Position numbers and translations under genes: made by a program. A stretch of 64,000 nt of DNA from Auanema rhodensis (lineage: Eukaryota > Animalia > Nematoda), in NCBI GenBank assembly GCA_964057225.1, contig OZ059896.1:2356001-2420000 (forward strand), written 5' to 3'. Shown here piece after piece: positions 53,501 through 64,000 of the stretch (position 1 is the stretch's first letter; every line of letters begins with the position of its first letter). The notes below the pieces were generated by a model. It worked only from the letters and a program-made list of their open reading frames with translations. It made no database searches and was not told the origin of the DNA.

Positions 53501-55751
53501 AAATTGCTTCCAAAAACATTTTGACAAAAATTTTTTCGAAAATTTTCAAAATAATTTAGCAAAAAGTAGATGTTTTTAGATTCCTTTTTTTCAAGGCAAA
53601 AACGATGGACAATGTTATTCAACGAAAAAATTAATTCTTCAGGGTGAAAATCGAGGATATAAGTGTGAACTTATATCAGTTGATATCTCGGTGCATTTTT
53701 AAGCTAGCGCAAATCTGATAACACAGATCGACGTAGCTTAAAAATCCGCATCGAATGCACTATATTACATTGAGGAAAGCTTAATACAAAAATTAGTTAT
53801 GATCGTTTGAAAAATGATGCATTAGTGTATGTTGAGTTTCCATGTACACTCAACATTGCTTCCAAAAACATTTTGACAAAATTTTTTCGAAAAATTTCAA
53901 AATAATTTCGCAAAAAGTAGATGTTTTTAGATTCCTTTTTTTGAGGCAAAAACGATGGACAATGTTATTCAACGAAAAAATTAATTCTTCAGGGTGAAAA
54001 TCGAGGATATAAGTGTGAACTTATATCAGTTGATATCTCGGTGCATTTTTAAGCTAGCGCAAATCTGATAACATAGATCGACGCAGCTTAAAAGTCCGCA
54101 TCGAATGCACTATACTACACGGAGAAACGCTCATCACAAAAATTAGTTATGATCGTTTGAAAAATGATGCATTAGTGTATGTTGAGTTTCCATGTACACT
54201 CAAAATTGCTTCCAAAAACATTTTGACAAAAATTTTTTCGAAAAATTTCAAAATAATTTAGCAAAAAGTAGATGTTTTTAGATTCCTTTTTTCAAGGCAA
54301 AAACGATGGACAATGTTATTCAACGAAAAAATTAATTCTTCAGGGTGAAAATCGAGGATATAAGTGTGAACTTATATCAGATGATATCTAGGTGCATTTT
54401 TAAGCTAGCGCAAATCTGATAACACAGATCGACGCAGCTTAAAAATCCGCATCGAATGCACTATATTACATTGAGGAAAGCTTAATACAAAAATTAGTTA
54501 TGATCGTTTGAAAAATGATGCATTAGTGTATGTTGAGTTTCCATGTACACTCAACATTGCTTCCAAAAACATTTTGACAAAATTTTTTCGAAAAATTTCA
54601 AAATAATTTCGCAAAAAGTAGATGTTTTTAGATTCCTTTTTTTGAGGCAAAAACGATGGACAATGTTATTCAACGAAAAAATTAATTCTTCAGGGTGAAA
54701 ATCGAGGATATAAGTGTGAACTTATATCAGTTGATATCTCGGTGCATTTTTAAGCTAGCGCAAATCTGATAACATAGATCGATGCAGCTTAAAAATCCGC
54801 ATCGAATGCACTATACTACATGGAGAAACGCTCATCACAAAAATTAGTTATGATCGTTTGAAAAATGATGCATTAGTGTATGTTGAGTTTCCATGTACAC
54901 TCAACATTGCTTCCAAAAACATTTTGACAAAAATTTTTTCGAAAAATTTCAAAATAATTTAGCGAAAAGTAGATGTTTTTAGATTCCTTTTTTCAAGGCA
55001 AAAACGATGGACAATGTTATTCAACGAAAAAATTAATTCTTCAGGGGGAAAATCGAGGATATAAGTGTGAACTTATATCAGTTGATATCTCGGTGCATTT
55101 TCGAGCTAGCGCAAATCTGATAGTACAGATCGACGCAGCTTAAAAATCCGCATCGAATGCACTATACTACATTGAGAAACGCTTAATACAAAAATAAGTT
55201 ATGATCGTTTGAAAAATGATGCATTAGTGTATGTTGAGTTTCCATGTACACTCAAAATTGCTTCCAAAAACATTTTGACAAAAATTTTTTCGAAAAATTT
55301 CAAAATAATTTAGCGAAAAGTAGATGTTTTTAGATTCCTTTTTTCAAGGCAAAAACGATGGACAATGTTATTCAACGAAAAAATTAATTCTTCAGGGTGA
55401 AAACCGAGGATATAAGTGTGAACTTATATCAGTTGATATCTCGGTGCATTTTTAAGCTAGCGGAAATTTGATAACACAGATCGACGCAGCTTAAAAATCC
55501 GCATCGAATGCACTATACTACATTAAGAAAAGCTTAATACAAAAATTAGTTATGATCGTTTGAAAAATGATGCATTAGTGTATGTTGAGTTTCCATGTAC
55601 ACTCAAAATTGCTTCCAAAAACATTTTGACAAAAATTTTTTCGAAAAATTTCAAAATAATTTAGCAAAAAGTAGATGTTTTTAGATTCCTTTTTTCAAGG
55701 CAAAAACGATGGACAATGTTATTCAACGAAAAAATTAATTCTTCAGGGTGA

Positions 55752-58558
55752 AAATCGAGGATATAGGTGTGAACTTATATCAGTTGATATCTCGGTGCAT
55801 TTTCAAGCCAGCGCAAATCTGATAATACAGATCGACGCAGCTTAAAAATCCGCATCGAATGCACTATACTACATTGAGAAACGCTTAATACAAAAATTAG
55901 TTATGATCGTTTGAAAAATGATGCATTAGTGTATGTTGAGTTTCCATGTACACTCCAAATTGCTTCCAAAAACATTTTGACAAAAATTTTTTCGAAAAAT
56001 TTCAAAATAATTTAGCGAAAAGTAGATGTTTTTAGATTTCTTTTTTCGAGGCAAAAACGATGGACAATGTTATTCAACGAAAAAATTAATTCTTCAGGGT
56101 GAAAACCGAGGATATAAGTGTGAACTTATATCAGTTGATATCTCGGTGCATTTTTAAGCTAGCGGAAATTTGATAACACAGATCGACGCAGCTTAAAAAT
56201 CCGCATTGAATGCACTATACTACATTAAGAAAAGCTTAATACAAAAATTAGTTATGATCGTTTGAAAAATGATGCATTAGTGTATGTTGAGTTTCCATGT
56301 ACACTCAACATTGCTTCCAAAAACATTTTGACAAAAATTTTTTCGAAAAATTTCAAAATAATTTAGCGAAAAGTAGATGTTTTTAGATTCCTTTTTTCGA
56401 GGCAAAAACGATGGACAATGTTATTCAACGAAAAAATTAATTCTTCAGGGTGAAAATCGAGGATATAAGTGTGAACTTATATCAGTTGATATCTCGGTGC
56501 ATTTTCAAGCTAGCGCAAATCTGATAGTACAGATCGACGCAGCTTAAAAATTCGCATTGAATGCACTATACTACATTAAGAAAAGCTTAATACAAAAATT
56601 AGTTATGATCGTTTGAAAAATGATGCATTAGTGTATGTTGAGTTTCCATGTACACTCAACATTGCTTCCAAAAACATTTTGACAAAAATTTTTTCGAAAA
56701 ATTTCAAAATAATTTAGCGAAAAGTAGATGTTTTTAGATTCCTTTTTTCGAGGCAAAAACGATGGACAATGTTATTCAACGAAAAAATTAATTCTTCAGG
56801 GTGAAAATCGAGGATATAAGTGTGAACTTATATCAGTTGATATCTCGGTGCATTTTCAAGCTAGCGCAAATCTGATAGTACAGATCGACGCAGCTTAAAA
56901 ATTCGCATCGAATGCACTATACTACATTGAGAAAAGCTTAATACAAAAATTAGTTATGATCGTTTGAAAAATGATGCATTAGTGTATGTTGAGTTTCCAT
57001 GTACACTCAACATTGCTTCCAAAAACATTTTGACAAAAATTTTTTCGAAAAATTTCAAAATAATTTAGCAAAAAGTAGATGTTTTTAGATTCCTTTTTTC
57101 AAGGCAAAAACGATGGACAATGTTATTCAACGAAAAAATTAATTCTTCAGGGTGAAAATCGAGGATATAGGTGTGAACTTATATCAGTTGATATCTCGGT
57201 GCATTTTCAAGCCAGCGCAAATCTGATAATACAGATCGACGCAGCTTAAAAATCCGCATCGAATGCACTATACTACATTGAGAAACGCTTAATACAAAAA
57301 TTAGTTATGATCGTTTGAAAAATGATGCATTAGTGTATGTTGAGTTTCCATGTACACTCCAAATTGCTTCCAAAAACATTTTGACAAAAATTTTTTCGAA
57401 AAATTTCAAAATAATTTAGCGAAAAGTAGATGTTTTTAGATTTCTTTTTTCGAGGCAAAAACGATGGACAATGTTATTCAACGAAAAAATTAATTCTTCA
57501 GGGTGAAAACCGAGGATATAAGTGTGAACTTATATCAGTTGATATCTCGGTGCATTTTTAAGCTAGCGGAAATTTGATAACACAGATCGACGCAGCTTAA
57601 AAATCCGCATTGAATGCACTATACTACATTAAGAAAAGCTTAATACAAAAATTAGTTATGATCGTTTGAAAAATGATGCATTAGTGTATGTTGAGTTTCC
57701 ATGTACACTCAACATTGCTTCCAAAAACATTTTGACAAAAATTTTTTCGAAAAATTTCAAAATAATTTAGCGAAAAGTAGATGTTTTTAGATTCCTTTTT
57801 TCGAGGCAAAAACGATGGACAATGTTATTCAACGAAAAAATTAATTCTTCAGGGTGAAAATCGAGGATATAAGTGTGAACTTATATCAGTTGATATCTCG
57901 GTGCATTTTCAAGCTAGCGCAAATCTGATAGTACAGATCGACGCAGCTTAAAAATTCGCATTGAATGCACTATACTACATTAAGAAAAGCTTAATACAAA
58001 AATTAGTTATGATCGTTTGAAAAATGATGCATTAGTGTATGTTGAGTTTCCATGTACACTCAACATTGCTTCCAAAAACATTTTGACAAAAATTTTTTCG
58101 AAAAATTTCAAAATAATTTAGCGAAAAGTAGATGTTTTTAGATTCCTTTTTTCGAGGCAAAAACGATGGACAATGTTATTCAACGAAAAAATTAATTCTT
58201 CAGGGTGAAAATCGAGGATATAAGTGTGAACTTATATCAGTTGATATCTCGGTGCATTTTCAAGCTAGCGCAAATCTGATAGTACAGATCGACGCAGCTT
58301 AAAAATTCGCATCGAATGCACTATACTACATTGAGAAAAGCTTAATACAAAAATTAGTTATGATCGTTTGAAAAATGATGCATTAGTGTATGTTGAGTTT
58401 CCATGTACACTCAACATTGCTTCCAAAAACATTTTGACAAAATTTTTTCGAAAAATTTCAAAATAATTTCGCAAAAAGTAGATGTTTTTAGATTCCTTCT
58501 TTCAAGGCAAAAACGATGGACAATGTTATTCAACGAAAAAATTAATTCTTCAGGGTGA
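55752..58558 (+). repeat. 4-monomer higher-order repeat, two tandem copies, period 1404 bp
   Basis: The monomers ATAGGTG/CAAGCCAG/CTCCAA (55752/57156), AAACCG/GCGGAAATTT/GCATTGA (56103/57507) and ATTCGCATTGA (56454/57858) recur in order. Confidence 0.9.
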
Positions 58559-61011
58559 AAATCGAGGATATAAGTGTGAACTTATATCAGTTGATATCTC
58601 GGTGCATTTTTAAGCTAGCGCAAATCTGATAACACACATCGACGCAGCTTAAAAATCCGCATCGAAAGCATTATACTACATGGAGAAACGCTCATCACAA
58701 AAATTAGTTATGATCGTTTGAAAAATGATGCATTAGTGTATGTTGAGTTTCCATGTACACTCAACATTGCTTCCAAAAACATTTTGACAAAATTTTTTCG
58801 AAAAATTTCAAAATAATTTCGCAAAAAGTAGATGTTTTTAGATTCCTTTTTTTGAGGCAAAAACGATGGACAATGTTATTCAACGAAAAAATTAATTCTT
58901 CAGGGTGAAAATCGAGGATATAAGTGTGAACTTATATCAGTTAATATCTCGGTGCATTTTTAAGCTAGCGCAAATCTGATAACACAGATCGACGCAGCTT
59001 AAAAATCCGCATCGAATGCACTATATTACATTGAGGAAAGCTTAATACAAAAATTAGTTATGATCGTTTGAAAAATGATGCATTAGTGTATGTTGAGTTT
59101 CCATGTACACTCAACATTGCTTCCAAAAACATTTTGACAAAATTTTTTCGAAAAATTTCAAAATAATTTAGCAAAAAGTAGATGTTTTTAGATTCCTTCT
59201 TTCAAGGCAAAAACGATGGACAATGTTATTCAACGAAAAAATTAATTCTTCAGGGAGAAAATCGAGGATATAAGTGTGAACTTATATCAGTTGATATCTC
59301 GGTGCATTTTTAAGCTAGCGCAAATCTGATAACACAGATCGACGCAGCTTAAAAATCCGCATCGAATGCACTATATTACATTGAGGAAAGCTTAATACAA
59401 CAATTAGTTATGATCGTTTGAAAAATGATGCATTAGTGTATGTTGAGTTTCCATGTACACTCAAAATTGCTTCCAAAAACATTTTGACAAAAATTTTTTC
59501 GAAAAATTCCAAATAATTTAGCAAAAAGTAGATGTTTTTAGATTCCTTCTTTCAAGGCAAAAACGATGGACAATGTTATTCAACGAAAAAATTAATTCTT
59601 CAGGGTGAAAATCGAGGATATAAGTGTGAACTTATATCAGTTGATATCTCGGTGCATTTTTAAGCTAGCGCAAATCTGATAACACAGATCGACGCAGCTT
59701 AAAAGTCCGCATCGAATGCACTATACTACATTAAGCAAAGCTTGATACAAAAATTAGTTATGATCGTTTGAAAAATGATGCATTAGTGTATGTTGAGTTT
59801 CCATGTACACTCAAAATTGCTTCCAAAAACATTTTGACAAAAATTTTTTCGAAAATTTTCAAAATAATTTAGCAAAAAGTAGATGTTTTTAGATTCCTTT
59901 TTTTCAAGGCAAAAACGATGGACAATGTTATTCAACGAAAAAATTAATTCTTCAGGGTGAAAATCGAGGATATAAGTGTGAACTTATATCAGTTGATATC
60001 TCGGTGCATTTTTAAGCTAGCGCAAATCTGATAACACAGATCGACGTAGCTTAAAAATCCGCATCGAATGCACTATATTACATTGAGGAAAGCTTAATAC
60101 AAAAATTAGTTATGATCGTTTGAAAAATGATGCATTAGTGTATGTTGAGTTTCCATGTACACTCAACATTGCTTCCAAAAACATTTTGACAAAATTTTTT
60201 CGAAAAATTTCAAAATAATTTCGCAAAAAGTAGATGTTTTTAGATTCCTTTTTTTGAGGCAAAAACGATGGACAATGTTATTCAACGAAAAAATTAATTC
60301 TTCAGGGTGAAAATCGAGGATATAAGTGTGAACTTATATCAGTTGATATCTCGGTGCATTTTTAAGCTAGCGCAAATCTGATAACATAGATCGACGCAGC
60401 TTAAAAGTCCGCATCGAATGCACTATACTACACGGAGAAACGCTCATCACAAAAATTAGTTATGATCGTTTGAAAAATGATGCATTAGTGTATGTTGAGT
60501 TTCCATGTACACTCAAAATTGCTTCCAAAAACATTTTGACAAAAATTTTTTCGAAAAATTTCAAAATAATTTAGCAAAAAGTAGATGTTTTTAGATTCCT
60601 TTTTTCAAGGCAAAAACGATGGACAATGTTATTCAACGAAAAAATTAATTCTTCAGGGTGAAAATCGAGGATATAAGTGTGAACTTATATCAGATGATAT
60701 CTAGGTGCATTTTTAAGCTAGCGCAAATCTGATAACACAGATCGACGCAGCTTAAAAATCCGCATCGAATGCACTATATTACATTGAGGAAAGCTTAATA
60801 CAAAAATTAGTTATGATCGTTTGAAAAATGATGCATTAGTGTATGTTGAGTTTCCATGTACACTCAACATTGCTTCCAAAAACATTTTGACAAAATTTTT
60901 TCGAAAAATTTCAAAATAATTTCGCAAAAAGTAGATGTTTTTAGATTCCTTTTTTTGAGGCAAAAACGATGGACAATGTTATTCAACGAAAAAATTAATT
61001 CTTCAGGGTGA

Positions 61012-63815
61012 AAATCGAGGATATAAGTGTGAACTTATATCAGTTGATATCTCGGTGCATTTTTAAGCTAGCGCAAATCTGATAACATAGATCGACGCAG
61101 CTTAAAAATCCGCATCGAATGCATTATACTACATGGAGAAACGCTCATCACAAAAATTAGTTATGATCGTTTGAAAAGTGATGCATTAGTGTATGTTGAG
61201 TTTCCATGTACACTCAAAATTGCTTCCAAAAACATTTTGACAAAAATTTTTTCGAAAAATTTCAAAATAATTTAGCAAAAAGTAGATGTTTTTAGATTCC
61301 TTCTTTCAAGGCAAAAACGATGGACAATGTTATTCAACGAAAAAATTAATTCTTCAGGGTGAAAATCGAGGATATAAGTGTGAAATTATATCAGTTGATA
61401 TCTCGGTGCATTTTTAAGCTAGCGCAAATCTGAGAACACAGATCGACGCAGCTTAAAAATCCGCATCGAATGCATTATACTACATGGAGAAACGCTCATC
61501 ACAAAAATTAGTTATGATCGTTTGAAAAATGATGCATTAGTGTATGTTGAGTTTCCATGTACACTCAACATTGCTTCCAAAAACATTTTGACAAAATTTT
61601 TTCGAAAAATTTCAAAATAATTTCGCAAAAAGTAGATGTTTTTAGATTCCTTTTTTTGAGGCAAAAACGATGGACAATGTTATTCAACGAAAAAATTAAT
61701 TCTTCAGGGTGAAAATCGAGGATATAAGTGTGAACTTATATCAGTTGATATCTCGGTGCATTTTTAAGCTAGCGCAAATCTGATAACACAGATCGACGCA
61801 GCTTAAAAATCCGCATCGAATGCATTATACTACATGGAGAAACGCTCATCACAAAAATTAGTTATGATCGTTTGAAAAGTGATGCATTAGTGTATGTTGA
61901 GTTTCCATGTACACTCAAAATTGCTTCCAAAAACATTTTGACAAAAATTTTTTCGAAAAATTTCAAAATAATTTAGCAAAAAGTAGATGTTTTTAGATTC
62001 CTTCTTTCAAGGCAAAAACGATGGACAATGTTATTCAACGAAAAAATTAATTCTTCAGGGTGAAAATCGAGGATATAAGTGTGAAATTATATCAGTTGAT
62101 ATCTCGGTGCATTTTTAAGCTAGCGCAAATCTGAGAACACAGATCGACGCAGCGTAAAAATCCGCATCGAATGCATTATACTACATGGAGAAACGCTCAT
62201 CACAAAAATTAGTTATGATCGTTTGAAAAATGATGCATTAGTGTATGTTGAGTTTCCATGTACACTCAACATTGCTTCCAAAAACATTTTGACAAAATTT
62301 TTTCGAAAAATTTCAAAATAATTTCGCAAAAAGTAAATGTTTTTAGATTCCTTTTTTTGAGGCAAAAACGATGGACAATGTTATTCAACGAAAAAATTAA
62401 TTCTTCAGGGTGAAAATCGAGGATATAAGTGTGAACTTATATCAGTTGATATCTCGGTGCATTTTTAAGCTAGCGCAAATCTGATAACATAGATCGACGC
62501 AGCTTAAAAATCCGCATCGAATGCACTATACTACATGGAGAAACGCTCATCACAAAAATTAGTTATGATCGTTTGAAAAATGATGCATTAGTGTATGTTG
62601 AGTTTCCATGTACACTCAACATTGCTTCCAAAAACATTTTGACAAAAATTTTTTCGAAAAATTTCAAAATAATTTAGCGAAAAGTAGATGTTTTTAGATT
62701 CCTTTTTTCAAGGCAAAAACGATGGACAATGTAATTCAACGAAAAAATTAATTCTTCAGGGTGAAAATCGAGGATATAAGTGTGAACTTATATCAGTTGA
62801 TATCTCGGTGCATTTTCGAGCTAGCGCAAATCTGATAGTACAGATCGACGCAGCTTAAAAATCCGCATCGAATGCACTATACTACATTGAGAAACGCTCA
62901 TCACAAAAATTAGTTATGATCGTTTGAAAAATGATGCATTAGTGTATGTTGAGTTTCCATGTACACTCAACATTGCTTCCAAAAACATTTTGACAAAATT
63001 TTTTCGAAAAATTTCAGAATAATTTCGCAAAAAGTAGATGTTTTTAGATTCCTTTTTTTGAGGCAAAAACGATGGACAATGTTATTCAACGAAAAAATTA
63101 ATTCTTCAGGGTGAAAATCGAGGATATAAGTGTGAACTTATATCAGATGATATCTCGGTGCATTTTTAAGCTAGCGCAAATCTGATAACATAGATCGACG
63201 CAGCTTAAAAATCCGCATCGAATGCACTATACTACATGGAGAAACGCTCATCACAAAAATTAGTTATGATCGTTTGAAAAATGATGCATTAGTGTATGTT
63301 GAGTTTCCATGTACACTCAACATTGCTTCCAAAAACATTTTGACAAAAATTTTTTCGAAAAATTTCAAAATAATTTAGCGAAAAGTAGATGTTTTTAGAT
63401 TCCTTTTTTCAAGGCAAAAACGATGGACAATGTAATTCAACGAAAAAATTAATTCTTCAGGGTGAAAATCGAGGATATAAGTGTGAACTTATATCAGTTG
63501 ATATCTCGGTGCATTTTCGAGCTAGCGCAAATCTGATAGTACAGATCGACGCAGCTTAAAAATCCGCATCGAATGCACTATACTACATTGAGAAACGCTC
63601 ATCACAAAAATTAGTTATGATCGTTTGAAAAATGATGCATTAGTGTATGTTGAGTTTCCATGTACACTCAACATTGCTTCCAAAAACATTTTGACAAAAT
63701 TTTTTCGAAAAATTTCAAAATAATTTCGCAAAAAGTAGATGTTTTTAGATTCCTTTTTTTGAGGCAAAAACGATGGACAATGTTATTCAACGAAAAAATT
63801 AATTCTTCAGGGTGA
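61012..63815 (+). repeat. Two adjacent dimer duplications, period 701 bp each
   Basis: AAAGTG (61012/61713) and GAAATT+TGAGAAC (61363/62064) monomers are followed by TGTAATT (62414/63115) and TTTTCGAGC+GATAGTAC (62765/63466) monomers. Confidence 0.8.
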
Positions 63816-64000
63816 AAATCGAGGATATAAGTGTGAACTTATATCAGATGATATCTAGGTGCATTTTTAAGCTAGCGCAAATCTGATAACACAGATCGAC
63901 GCAGCGTAAAAATCCGCATCGAATGCACTATATTACATTGAGGAAAGCTTAATACAAAAATTAGTTATGATCGTTTGAAAAGTGATGCATTAGTGTATGT

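Larger units (their letters stand above)
1..64000 (+). repeat. Tandem satellite DNA array, 350/351-bp monomer, 182 complete copies plus one partial, head-to-tail, extending beyond both window edges
   Basis: The junction GGGTGA|AAATCGAGGATATAAG recurs at 1, 352, 703, 1054, 1404 ... 63466, 63816 with spacings of 349-352 bp (mean 350.6). No non-satellite sequence or strand switch was seen. Monomer 1 has about 108 G+C in 351 bp. Confidence 0.99.

Noticed and set aside
1-64000. CRISPR array or other repeat-spacer system
   Set aside because: The entire 350-bp unit is repeated. The variable segments are point variants of one sequence rather than unique spacers, and there are no cas or other genes.
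1-64000. A single regular higher-order repeat spanning the window
   Set aside because: Observed periods change locally (2, 3, 4, 5, 7, 8, 9, 18, 24, 29, 55 monomers), and none persists beyond about 7-10 kb.

Overview
The whole 64-kb window is one uninterrupted, head-to-tail satellite DNA array. It has an AT-rich (~31% GC by hand count of monomer 1) 350/351-bp monomer starting AAATCGAGGATATAAGTGTGAAC... and ending ...TTCTTCAGGGTGA. I count 182 complete monomers (1-63815) plus a partial one (63816-64000), all on the same strand, with no insertion, inversion or unique sequence. The main monomer types differ by about 4%. No credible protein-coding gene, RNA gene, transposon ORF or CRISPR array is present. 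The twelve 63-aa ORFs are by-products of recombinant monomers that combine the 5-A tract of the 351-bp type with the TCG allele of the 350-bp type. The real structure lies at three scales. (1) Within the monomer there are several dyad symmetries, one toggled by a common polymorphism, and a bipartite GC-richer/A-tract-rich layout with CpG excess. (2) There is a patchwork of young local higher-order repeats (2-, 4-, 5-, 7- and 8-mers) plus long-range block copies 18-55 monomers apart. (3) There are three successive variant domains, with a highly mosaic zone at ~46.3-52.2 kb. The source is probably eukaryotic (peri)centromeric or subtelomeric heterochromatin of an invertebrate (inference); I cannot name the satellite family or species. 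All monomer boundaries and counts are by eye and should be confirmed computationally.
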